From: an uncultured bacterium
GTDB taxonomy: Bacteria > CSSED10-310 > CAZUFC01
Direction: 5' to 3'
NCBI GenBank assembly: GCA_964619725.1
Contig: CAZUFC010000013.1
Coordinates: forward strand, 1 to 64,000
Length of the DNA: 64,000 nucleotides
Shown: piece after piece, positions 9,776 to 19,067 of the stretch
How the letters are laid out: each line of letters begins with the position of its first letter
Position numbering within the stretch: position 1 is the first letter of the stretch
Made by a program: the position numbers and the translations under genes
Notes under the pieces: model-generated
What the model was told of the DNA's origin: nothing
Seen by the model: the letters and a program-made list of their open reading frames with translations, nothing else
The model's database searches: none

Positions 9776-11287
9776 TCAGAGCTTCAATTCTGCGATTAAA
9801 TCATCGGAAGCTAACGGGCGGTTTGTCGCATCTTCGATTTTTTTCCGCCAGTGAACTCTGCCGCCGGCCGTAAAGAAATTTTCTTTGAGAAATTCCAGGT
9901 TTCCGTAGTGAAACAGGGAACCGAATTTTTCCAGGAGTGCGGACCGAACTTGAGCGGTGATGGCCGCAGCGACGACATAGTTCTGCACGTAAATAGGATA
10001 GGAGATATAAACGGGATTGGCGGCCCAGAAAGAACCCTGCGGGATGTCCACTCCCAGATATTGTTTATGCAATTCGCGGAAAAGTTCATTCGGGTTTTTG
10101 GGTTCCCGCTGATACAGATTCAACTCGAAAAGCGCCAGCGTGATGTATTGCCTCATATGATAATAACGACTGAAACGCCGGCTTTTCATTAAATTGTCCA
10201 GTTCGGCCCCCTTGAATCCCCAGGTTTCTTTCAGCCAATCCGGCTCCAGGCAAAACGATTCGAATATGCCGGCCATCCCTTCAAAGAAAAATTCCGGGTC
10301 TCCCGTCGCAATCACATACGACGGTTCCTTGATGAGCGCTCCATGCAAAGCTCTTCCGAATTCATGAAACAATATCCGGTACCATTCATAACCGTTCCGG
10401 GGATTGGCGATTATTCGAATGTCACGGCCGGGGTCCACGATCAGACTGATGCCGCCGAACGGTATATCGTGTATATCAACCCGGATAGGCAGCTCCTTCA
10501 ACTCTACATGAAACTTTTTCAGAAAATCTTCAAAGAGAGGGATTATTTTGTCTTGCGGAAAATCATCGTCGTCGTAAGGATTCAGAACAGACTCAATGTA
10601 ATATTCTACATCCCAGGGGCTGATGTTTTTGATTCCCATGGCGCTCCGGCACTCCTCCAGAAATTCTTTCCAATCGCCGGCCGTAGCGTTGAGAACTTCC
10701 TTGAAGACCAGTTCGATTTTTTCCTGGCTTATCTGATCAATGAATAATGAAAAGCGAGGATAGTCGGGAAATTCGTTTTTAACGGATTTTATATTCCTGA
10801 GGCGCACTAGTTCCATCAAGTTGGTTTCGAGCTTGTCGGACATTTCATAGATGGTCCTCCATGCGCTTTCTCTATTGGTCCGGTTGGGATCGCTGCGAAC
10901 GCATTCCTGAAGAGCGCTGCGAGATAAGCGGCGCTGGTCCAGGTCCTTCTGATGACCTACGATGAGTTCATGGAGCGAATTTTCAAGAATGAACACTTCC
11001 GGGTCGAGCGTCACCTGAGCTTTTAAAAACAGCCGTCGCATGAGTTGCAGTATGCGTTGAAGTCTCAGATTCTCGGTTTTTTCCAACCACTCTTCGATTA
11101 ATTCTTTATAAGAATAGTTCAGAAATATTTCCGCCTGCTCGCGCCGAATCTTATCAGGGTCCTCATAGTTCTTTTCAAGGTACCGTCTCCAGGAAGAGTC
11201 CATCATACGAGAGGAGAGTTTTTTAATTTTTCGATCCAGCTCGTCAGCGAATTCGATAAATTCAGATTCATGAGTAATGTTATTCAT
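9776..11287 (-). CDS. M2/M3 (gluzincin) metallopeptidase-like protein with degenerate zinc motif
   Basis: LFHEFGRALH (canonical HEFGH), downstream FEGMA; R..AW and PWD motifs. Confidence 0.8.
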   Translation of the reverse strand: MNNITHESEFIEFADELDRKIKKLSSRMMDSSWRRYLEKNYEDPDKIRREQAEIFLNYSYKELIEEWLEKTENLRLQRILQLMRRLFLKAQVTLDPEVFILENSLHELIVGHQKDLDQRRLSRSALQECVRSDPNRTNRESAWRTIYEMSDKLETNLMELVRLRNIKSVKNEFPDYPRFSLFIDQISQEKIELVFKEVLNATAGDWKEFLEECRSAMGIKNISPWDVEYYIESVLNPYDDDDFPQDKIIPLFEDFLKKFHVELKELPIRVDIHDIPFGGISLIVDPGRDIRIIANPRNGYEWYRILFHEFGRALHGALIKEPSYVIATGDPEFFFEGMAGIFESFCLEPDWLKETWGFKGAELDNLMKSRRFSRYYHMRQYITLALFELNLYQREPKNPNELFRELHKQYLGVDIPQGSFWAANPVYISYPIYVQNYVVAAAITAQVRSALLEKFGSLFHYGNLEFLKENFFTAGGRVHWRKKIEDATNRPLASDDLIAELKL

Positions 11288-11639
11288 AAGATATCCCCTT
11301 TAATCCTCTAAATTTCATTCGCAGGAAAAGCCCGAAAACATCAACGCCCAATAAAGCGGCAGAAGATATTTCTACGGCCCATGAAAAAAGCGTATCAAAA
11401 ATCCGTTCGATAATCAAATGAAAAGATGCGTTTAAGGAGTGACATGAGGGCTTTTCCTTTATAATTTTTTATGCTACCATAATGGCCGTAGAATTTCTTT
11501 AACGGGAATTACGAGAGGGACTTAAAATGGGTGAGATGGGTATTGATCAGGGTCGCTGAGTGTGTGTCGGGGCTGTTTTTCCTGTGAAAAAGTCGATGAG
11601 TCGACTGCGAAATGTTTGTTTGAACCAGAGGAGGACTAA

Positions 11640-12833
11640 ATGGCGATTTCAGAGAAAATCAAAGATTATATGACCAGGGCTTCATGGATACGCCGGATGT
11701 TTGAACAAGGCGCAGCCATGAAAAAGGAATATGGGGAGGAGAATGTATTTGATTTCACGTTGGGTAATCCGATAATGGAACCGCCGAGGGAAGTGCAGCA
11801 GGTTCTGAAGAGCATGGCGGATCGCCCCAAACCTGGTTTGCACAGATACATGAGCAATGCGGGTTTCCCTGAAGTAAGGCAGGCGATAGCCGCTTATGCT
11901 CAAAAGAAATACGGATTGTCGTTTGAGCGAAAACACGTAGTGATGAGCGTAGGAGCCGGCGGCGCATTGAATGCGGCTTTGAAGGCTATATTGGATGACG
12001 GCGACGAAGTGATCATAATAGCGCCTTATTTTGTGGAGTATCTTTTTTACATCGACAATCATAACGGAAAAAGCGTATCGGTCGATTCCATGGAGAATTT
12101 CGAGCTCAATGTTGAAGGCATCGAAAGAGCGGTCAATGAACGAACGAAAGCGGTGATCATCAACAGTCCTCACAATCCGACCGGAGTCATTTACGATCGG
12201 AAATCGCTTGATGAGCTTTCCCTGGCGTTGCGGCGAAAGGAAAAGGAGCTGGGACGCGAGATATACATCATCAGCGACGAACCTTACAGGAAAATTGTAT
12301 TCGACGGGATGGAATGTCCCAGCATTCTTCACTCATATAAAAATTCAATCGTCGTTACTTCCCATTCCAAAGACCTCTCTCTGCCCGGCGAAAGAATTGG
12401 TTATGCATTGATCAATTCCAATGCCGAGAACGCTGATGCCCTGGTCGATGCCATGACTTTCACCACCCGGATTCTGGGTTTCGTCAACGCCCCGGCCATG
12501 CAGCAAATTATTGCCGCCAAATGTTGTGACGTTTCCGTCAACGTTTCCTGGTATCAGGAAAAACGGGACCTCCTTTATGACGGCCTGACGCGTATTGGCT
12601 ATGAAACCGTCAAACCCCAGGGCGCGTTCTACATGTTCCCGAAAAGTCCCATAAAAGATGATCAGGAATTTACCCGGATGGCGTTGAAAAAACGGATTCT
12701 TATCGTTCCAGGCATTGGTTTCGGCAAGCCGGGACACTTCAGGCTTTCTTATTGCACACTGGATAATGAAACCATCAGACGATCCATGGACGGCTTCGAA
12801 GAGCTGTACGAAGAAGCGATGCAGGAAAATTGA
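11640..12833 (+). CDS. PLP-dependent class I aminotransferase (aspartate aminotransferase-like)
   Basis: SWIRRMFE, DFTLGNP, NSPHNPTG, SDEPY, SHSKDLSLPGERIG. Confidence 0.93.
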   Translation: MAISEKIKDYMTRASWIRRMFEQGAAMKKEYGEENVFDFTLGNPIMEPPREVQQVLKSMADRPKPGLHRYMSNAGFPEVRQAIAAYAQKKYGLSFERKHVVMSVGAGGALNAALKAILDDGDEVIIIAPYFVEYLFYIDNHNGKSVSVDSMENFELNVEGIERAVNERTKAVIINSPHNPTGVIYDRKSLDELSLALRRKEKELGREIYIISDEPYRKIVFDGMECPSILHSYKNSIVVTSHSKDLSLPGERIGYALINSNAENADALVDAMTFTTRILGFVNAPAMQQIIAAKCCDVSVNVSWYQEKRDLLYDGLTRIGYETVKPQGAFYMFPKSPIKDDQEFTRMALKKRILIVPGIGFGKPGHFRLSYCTLDNETIRRSMDGFEELYEEAMQEN

Positions 12834-13015
12834 GGATTGGAAGAGTGGGCGAGTGAAAGAGTGATGAGTTGGAATGTTGAGTGAATGAAAGCCGGGAACG
12901 CTATATCAGAGCTCCATTGACACAGGATATAATCTTTTCAAAATAGTTTAATGATGTGAAGAGTTCATCCGATCGCTGAATCGACGGAGTGTACTGTCTT
13001 CTGCGGTTTTACCGG

Positions 13016-14707
13016 TTATTGGAAATACCCCAGGGCTTTCAGTTCCTCTATATCTTCCTGTGAAAGAGTGATTTTTTGTACTTTGTATCTTTTTTTGAGT
13101 TTTTGATTCTTTTCGTTCGTTTTAATCAGCATATTGAGTAAATCATTGTTTTTCGAAAGATTTTCAGAGGCAAGATTTATTTTTTCATCAGGATCATTTT
13201 TCAGGTCGTAAAGTTCAAATCTATCTTGTTCGGAATGAACGATAAGTCTTCTTGATTCGTCGCGAATGCTTTTGAGTCCAAGAGGGTCATCGGGAAGGGA
13301 AGTTCCTTCGGCGTATGCGGTTCTGTTATTCGTATCTGGGGTTTCTGACATTAAGGGATAAAATGATTTTCCCTGGGCTTTTTTAAGGGGCGGCAGTCCA
13401 ATAATGTCCAGGACGGTCGGGAGGATGTCTATGCTGAGGACTGTTGAACTTATTCTTCGTCCCTTGAACCGAGAGCCGGGAAGTTTTACGATCATGGGGA
13501 CATGAAGAATTTCTTCGTAGTGAGTATGTCCGTGCTCGATTTCTCCGTGCTCCATAAAGCCTTCTCCGTGATCAGAGGTTATGATTATCAAAGATTCATC
13601 ATATAAATTGCGTTGTTTAAGCGCATCAAGCATCCGTTCAATCTGACTGTCAGTATAATTGATTGCGCCGTCGTAAAGATCGAGTAAGCCTTGGACGAAA
13701 TTCCTGCGGAAGGATGGATTTTGTTTCCAGTGGACATTAAAAAAGAAATTTGATGCGCTTTGCCACCACGAAGGGTCTTCAACTTCTTGCCAATCGTATA
13801 ATCCCTGGTAGGAAGCGATCATGAAGAAACTCCATTCTTCTGCAGAGAGTTTTTTTTCAGATTCCCCTTTTGCAATTATCGCTTTAAGTTTTTCCATCCG
13901 AGCTTCCCGACTGAAGAAGTCCGTGTATTCTTTCAGAAAGGTTTCGGGGGGATCGTAAGGATAATGAGGTTCGAAAGTATGGAAGAAAAGGAAAAAGGGT
14001 GCAGACGTTTCTTCAAGCCAGGACAGGGTTCTTTGCATGTTTTCCTTAAGGCGGCTGCGAATTTTCAAATTTTCGAAATTGGAAGTTTCTTCACCTTCGA
14101 AGAGCGGATAGCGCTGGAAACCCTGTCCGAGTCCGAAATGAGGTTTAGTATAGCCTCCTTCGGTAAATGCGGCAGTCTGGTAGTTCTGTTTGAGCAGTAT
14201 TTCCGCCAGGGTTGTCGCTTTGGGATCGAGCGCATCAGGATTCGGATAGTTAACGACACCATGAACGGAGGGATAAAGTGAACAGAGCATTGAGATATGA
14301 GAAGGAGTAGTCCAGGGGGATTGAACGAAGGCATTTTCGAAAATTACGGCATCCTGAGCGAAGGCATCGATATAGGGTGATGTTTTTTTTAAATATCCGT
14401 AACAGGAGAGATGATCGGCCCTGAGCGTATCGATGGATATTAAGATAACCGGCGTTTCAGGCGGGACAAAAGTTTCCGTGATTTTTTCCAGGAGGTTCCC
14501 CTGGGAATCGTAAGAGATGTCCTGGTCTGTGCAACTGCAGCAGATGAGTAAAAGCAGTAACCAAACCGTAAAATTAAGTAGTTTTTGTCCATAAATGACG
14601 AGTTTTCCCGTTCTCTGCGTCATTATTCGGGTTTCTTGGTGCGGCCCATGCCCGATGCGCCTCCGCACAATCCCTTGAATTCCTTGATAAACAAAAAAAT
14701 CGCTCAT
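13016..14707 (-). CDS. Sulfatase-like hydrolase/transferase (Thr type), exported; likely start ATG 14623
   Basis: ISIDTLRAD, WTTPSHISML, HTFEPH, TSDHGE, YDLKNDPDE; ends LKALGYFQ. Confidence 0.9.
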   Translation of the reverse strand: MSDFFVYQGIQGIVRRRIGHGPHQETRIMTQRTGKLVIYGQKLLNFTVWLLLLLICCSCTDQDISYDSQGNLLEKITETFVPPETPVILISIDTLRADHLSCYGYLKKTSPYIDAFAQDAVIFENAFVQSPWTTPSHISMLCSLYPSVHGVVNYPNPDALDPKATTLAEILLKQNYQTAAFTEGGYTKPHFGLGQGFQRYPLFEGEETSNFENLKIRSRLKENMQRTLSWLEETSAPFFLFFHTFEPHYPYDPPETFLKEYTDFFSREARMEKLKAIIAKGESEKKLSAEEWSFFMIASYQGLYDWQEVEDPSWWQSASNFFFNVHWKQNPSFRRNFVQGLLDLYDGAINYTDSQIERMLDALKQRNLYDESLIIITSDHGEGFMEHGEIEHGHTHYEEILHVPMIVKLPGSRFKGRRISSTVLSIDILPTVLDIIGLPPLKKAQGKSFYPLMSETPDTNNRTAYAEGTSLPDDPLGLKSIRDESRRLIVHSEQDRFELYDLKNDPDEKINLASENLSKNNDLLNMLIKTNEKNQKLKKRYKVQKITLSQEDIEELKALGYFQ

Positions 14708-14956
14708 TTCCGGATCAAAAACTCGCTGCGCCTGTCCGCTCCGCCGGCATTACGAGTAAAAATGAGTTTGTGGACAACCGTTAAGTAATTTGATGCTGGG
14801 TTTAATATTTTTCATGACGTTGACAATTGTCCCGGCGCTTTTTTCGAGACGATTAATGATTGAGTTGATCAAAAGCCGGCAAAAAGGCATCAGCCGATTT
14901 GCCGGCTCGTGTAACAATCAGCATTTTTTTGGATGGGTCGACTCCGTATATTCCGT

Positions 14957-15391
14957 CTAATGACCGGAAGATGCAATAGGCGCATCCATACTTAACGAAA
15001 GGGGACCCAATTTTTGTATTTTTCTCGTGAAACTTTCGGCGACTTTGGCGAAATGATCGCCCTCCGAAGCTGAAATCCATTCCAGACGCACTCTTTCCGG
15101 ATCAACGCCGAATTCTTCCAGGACGTTCTGGAGCAACATGTGGCGACGTTTAGCCTTGTAATTTCCTTCCTGGTAATGGCAATCCCCGGGATGACATCCG
15201 CAGATAAGCACTCCGTCGGCTCCATCCTTGATCGCCTTAAGAACGAAAGAGGGGTCGACTCTTCCGCTGCACATAACCCGGATGATATTGATGTTGGCTG
15301 GATACTTGATTCTAGAGGTGCCCGCCAGGTCTGCGCCCGTATATGAACACCAATGACAGAGAAATGCTATGATTTTGGGTTCGTAACTCAT
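14957..15391 (-). CDS. mvhD: Methyl-viologen-reducing hydrogenase delta subunit ([2Fe-2S])
   Basis: FLCHWCSYTGADLAG, RVMCSGRVDP, GCHPGDCHY, WISASEG. Confidence 0.95.
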   Translation of the reverse strand: MSYEPKIIAFLCHWCSYTGADLAGTSRIKYPANINIIRVMCSGRVDPSFVLKAIKDGADGVLICGCHPGDCHYQEGNYKAKRRHMLLQNVLEEFGVDPERVRLEWISASEGDHFAKVAESFTRKIQKLGPLSLSMDAPIASSGH

Positions 15392-17361
15392 GACGTCAGA
15401 ATTCCTTCTATTTCTTTATAGATTTGTCGATCGTTGAAGTGTCTGGCTTGAGCCGCGCCGCTGGGGCATGCCGCGGCACAGGTTCCGCAGCCTTTACATA
15501 ATACTTCGTTAACAACGGAAATCATTTTTTCCTCATCGAAACCGATGGCGTTATAGGGACAAAGAGCAATGCAAACTTTACAACCTGAACAGAGGTCTTC
15601 ATCAATGCAGGCGACCGCTCCTTCGATTTCGACTTCCCCTTTGACGAGCAATTGCAGAGCTTTGGCGCCTGCAGCCTGGGCCTGAGCCACAGTGTCCGGA
15701 ATATCCTTGGGACCCTGACAGCATCCCGCAATAAAAACTCCGTCCGAAGCGGTATCGATCGGCGCCAGCTTGGGATGCTTTTCAATCAGGAAACCGTCTT
15801 TATCAATAGAGCATTTAAGCAATGACGCGATGATTCCGGTACTTTCCGAAGCCGCAAGTCCAGGACTCAATATCACCATATCCACTGGCGTTCTGAGTCT
15901 TTTTTTCGACAAGGTATCTTCTGCCACTACGATCAATTTTCCCTCTTCTTCGTCGTTTAAAGCCACATCAGTTATTTCGCCGACCTTTCCCCGGATCATG
16001 TGAACGCCTTCATCCCGAATCCTGTCGTAAAATTCTTCATAGCTTTTCCCCGGAGAACGCATATCAATATAAAACTGATATACTTCAGCATCTGTTTTTT
16101 CTTTGACTAAATGAGAAAATTTCAACGAATACATGCAACAAACACGCGAGCAATATTCCAGGTAATTCTTGTCCCGGCTGCCCACGCAGTGCAATATGGC
16201 GACCGATTCCGGCTTCTCTCCGTTTTTCAGCGTTACTTCGCCGCCCGTGGGTCCAGATGCGTTGTTTAACCTCTCAAATTCCATTGCTGTTATAACGTTG
16301 TCCAGTCTTTTATGTCCGTAATACTCAAGCGCCGGTCCGTCATAATATTTGTACCCTGTGGCGACTATTATGGACCCGACCTTTATTTCTTTAAAGTCAT
16401 CCTGATCATCGAAGTTGATAGCCTGCGGTTCGCAAATCTTTTCGCAAACTCTGCATTTGCCCTTTTGAAAATATATGCAGGCATCGACGTCAATAACGGG
16501 TTTGTTGGGCACGGCCTGAGGGAAGGGCGTATAAATGGCTTTTCGGTCGACAAGTTCCACGTCGAATTCACTGGGAGCTTTCCCGGGGCATTTCTGCATG
16601 CATAAACCGCAACCGTTGCACAGGTCATGATTTACGTAACGGGCTTTTTGTTTTACCGTGACGTCGAAATTTCCCACATATCCTGATACGTCGGTTACTT
16701 CCGAATAAGTCATCAGTTCGATGTTGGGATGAAAGCCAACGCTGTTCATTTTAGGCGTCAAAATGCAGGCGGAGCAGTCAAGAGTGGGAAACGTCTTGTC
16801 GAACTGAGCCATATGACCGCCTATCGTAGGGTCTTTTTCAACCAGGTAAACCTTTTGTCCGGAATCGGCTACCGTGAGAGCCGCTTCGATCCCTGCGATA
16901 CCGCCGCCGATTACCAGCACGCCGGGATGAACTTCGACCATCCGGGTATCCAGAGGTTCGTGTTCCTGAACGCGCCGGACTGCAGCGCGTGTCAGCGCTA
17001 TCGCTTTCAATGTCGCTCTTTTTTCGTCTTCGGTAACCCAGGAGTCCTGCTCACGGACATTTACCATCTGAAAATAGTAGGGATTCAACCCGGCCTTTTT
17101 GCACGCACCTCTGAAAGTCTCCTCGTGCATGCGGGGAGAGCAGGCCGCTACGACGATCCGGTTCAGGTTATATTTCTTTATGTCTTCCACTATCATATCC
17201 TGTCCTGGCGTCGAACACATGAATTTATAATTACGCGCTACGATCACTGACTGTTCATTCTTTATTTCTTCAACCACTTCTTCAACGTTTACCGTTGCGG
17301 ATATATTTACCCCGCAATGACAAACATAAACTCCTAATCTTCTTTCACCATCATTATTCAT
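15388..17361 (-). CDS. hdrA: Heterodisulfide reductase subunit A (FAD, Fe-S)
   Basis: VYVCHCG.NI, ACSPRMHE, GGGIAG, KTFPTLDCSACIL, CVGSRD..YCSRVCC, GPKDIPD, ferredoxin motifs. Confidence 0.96.
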   Translation of the reverse strand: MNNDGERRLGVYVCHCGVNISATVNVEEVVEEIKNEQSVIVARNYKFMCSTPGQDMIVEDIKKYNLNRIVVAACSPRMHEETFRGACKKAGLNPYYFQMVNVREQDSWVTEDEKRATLKAIALTRAAVRRVQEHEPLDTRMVEVHPGVLVIGGGIAGIEAALTVADSGQKVYLVEKDPTIGGHMAQFDKTFPTLDCSACILTPKMNSVGFHPNIELMTYSEVTDVSGYVGNFDVTVKQKARYVNHDLCNGCGLCMQKCPGKAPSEFDVELVDRKAIYTPFPQAVPNKPVIDVDACIYFQKGKCRVCEKICEPQAINFDDQDDFKEIKVGSIIVATGYKYYDGPALEYYGHKRLDNVITAMEFERLNNASGPTGGEVTLKNGEKPESVAILHCVGSRDKNYLEYCSRVCCMYSLKFSHLVKEKTDAEVYQFYIDMRSPGKSYEEFYDRIRDEGVHMIRGKVGEITDVALNDEEEGKLIVVAEDTLSKKRLRTPVDMVILSPGLAASESTGIIASLLKCSIDKDGFLIEKHPKLAPIDTASDGVFIAGCCQGPKDIPDTVAQAQAAGAKALQLLVKGEVEIEGAVACIDEDLCSGCKVCIALCPYNAIGFDEEKMISVVNEVLCKGCGTCAAACPSGAAQARHFNDRQIYKEIEGILTS

Positions 17362-18532
17362 TTTCGCCGCCTCCGCTTAAAGATTCCCAAAGCAGTTCAG
17401 AAACCGTCGCCACTTTCAGTTTTTCCTGCAGATTGAAACCCAGTATGCTGGCTTCAAGCATTTGCACGCAATAGGGACAGGCCGTGGCTATGCATTCGGC
17501 CCCCGTGTCCAGCGCCTCAAATATCCTCACGTCCCCAATTCGTTCGCCCTTCTTGGTTTCCAGCCAGGCGCCGCCGCCGCCTCCTCCGCAGCATAGACTC
17601 CTTTCGCGATTGTGCGCCATTTCGATCAGCTCTAATCCGGGTATGGCAGACAACACATTGCGAGGAGCATCATATATCTCGTTATAACGGCCCAGATAAC
17701 ACGGATCATGATAAGTGATCTTTTTTTCTACCGTATGAAGATTCCCCAGCCTGTTTTCCAGGAGAAGACGCTCCAGCAGCTCCGTTATGTGGATGCTGTT
17801 TATCCCCGCATCAGCGGGATAGCGATTCCTGAAAGAATTAAGACAGTGAGGCGATATGGTGATGACTTCTTCGGGGGATAGCTCGTTCAGCGTTTGGATG
17901 TTCCTGTCTGACAATTGATCGAAAACTTCCGTTTCTCCTATGGAGTAGACCATATCGCCGCAGCATGTGCCCCGGTTTCCTAAATATCCGAAATCCAGCT
18001 TTGCTTTTTTTAATATATTAACGGTTGCTGCAGCAGCTTCCTGGTTTCTAGAATCATAATCATTCGCACAGCATGTAAACAGCATCTGCTCCATGCCCTT
18101 CTCATAAAAAGGAACTTCTTTTTTCTCCGCCCAGTTCTGACGTTCATCGCGCTTTTCGCCCCAGGGATTGCCCTCGTTACGCAATCCGGAAACGGAAAAC
18201 TTCAATTCCGAGGGAATGGAGCCCCATTCCAACAGGACGCTTCTGACAGCCTGGAATAATTCTGGTATGTTGATCTGTTGCGGACATCGGTCCCAGCATA
18301 ACTTGCAGTTGACGCATGTCCATACCGCTTCTTCAAAATCCTCCAAGCCCAAGTTGACCATCTGGATAAAGTTTCTGGGATTGAAATCCATTAAATTTCC
18401 CCAGGGACATACGCTGGTGCAAGTTCCGCATTGGTAACACTTGCGAAGTTCTTCTCCGCCGACCTCCTCAACTGCTTGAGCGATTTCCAGCATCGGACTC
18501 AAACAGAGAGCTACTTCCTCCACTCGCGACAT
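17354..18532 (-). CDS. HdrD/GlpC-like Fe-S oxidoreductase (ferredoxin domain plus two CCG domains)
   Basis: CYQCGTCTSVCP, CVNCKLCWDRCP, TCCG, YHDPCYLGR, LCCGGGGG, TACPYC; AGGAGG SD before ATG 18532. Confidence 0.9.
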   Translation of the reverse strand: MSRVEEVALCLSPMLEIAQAVEEVGGEELRKCYQCGTCTSVCPWGNLMDFNPRNFIQMVNLGLEDFEEAVWTCVNCKLCWDRCPQQINIPELFQAVRSVLLEWGSIPSELKFSVSGLRNEGNPWGEKRDERQNWAEKKEVPFYEKGMEQMLFTCCANDYDSRNQEAAAATVNILKKAKLDFGYLGNRGTCCGDMVYSIGETEVFDQLSDRNIQTLNELSPEEVITISPHCLNSFRNRYPADAGINSIHITELLERLLLENRLGNLHTVEKKITYHDPCYLGRYNEIYDAPRNVLSAIPGLELIEMAHNRERSLCCGGGGGGAWLETKKGERIGDVRIFEALDTGAECIATACPYCVQMLEASILGFNLQEKLKVATVSELLWESLSGGGENE

Positions 18533-18645
18533 ATTTACCCTCCTGAAAGAAACTTGAAAAAATAATAACACAAAGTCGGTTCAAGGATTAAAGGTTTTAC
18601 CGGAGCCACAGGAATCAGTTCGCCTGAAATACCTTAACCCGTCCA

Positions 18646-18674
18646 AAATTAGCATGTTCAGAGCAAACCGTCAA
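18646..18674 (-). promoter_or_regulatory. Putative sigma70 promoter of the hdr operon
   Basis: TTGACG-N17-TAATTT with extended -10 TG. Confidence 0.55.
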
Positions 18675-18810
18675 ATATTTTACTGTTTAAGGTAAAAAAG
18701 TCCAATCAGCGCCTGTCCGCACATTATTTAATCGCAAAAAATGTGATGCACAATCGGTGCTGCATATTTTTAAAAGAAACAAAGGGCGCTCATATAATGC
18801 GAATACGACA

Positions 18811-18839
18811 TTGACTTGATTCGATGTAAGGATTAGGAT
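18811..18839 (+). promoter_or_regulatory. Putative sigma70 promoter of the hyp operon
   Basis: TTGACT-N17-TAGGAT. Confidence 0.6.
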
Positions 18840-19067
18840 CATCGGCGGACTTTCGTTTTCGGTCGGCCGGGATAGTGACTGTCCAGAGAGGTCAACGTCC
18901 ATTTCATGGAAGAGGCATACAGAGATAGGGACCCAGCGGCAGAAGCTAAGAGAACAAGGACGCCGGCTTCCGTGAATTTTTTGCACCTTTAACGCTGGAT
19001 GTTAATCATAATAAAGGGTGGTTGAGGAAATTGGGGAACTAGAAGGAAAAAATGTGAGGTCTTAGAA

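Noticed and set aside
12836-12890. GAGTG-phased short repeats as CRISPR or mobile element
   Set aside because: Degenerate 7-8-nt units with no spacer structure and no cas genes; treated as low-complexity intergenic repeats
12971-12985. 15-nt match gatcgctgaatcgac to 42371..42385 (inverted)
   Set aside because: Too short and only two clear copies; insufficient to call a repeat family
14957-17361. Selenocysteine recoding in HdrA/MvhD
   Set aside because: The usual Sec positions are Cys codons (DCSACIL, GCHPGDCH) and the ORFs are uninterrupted
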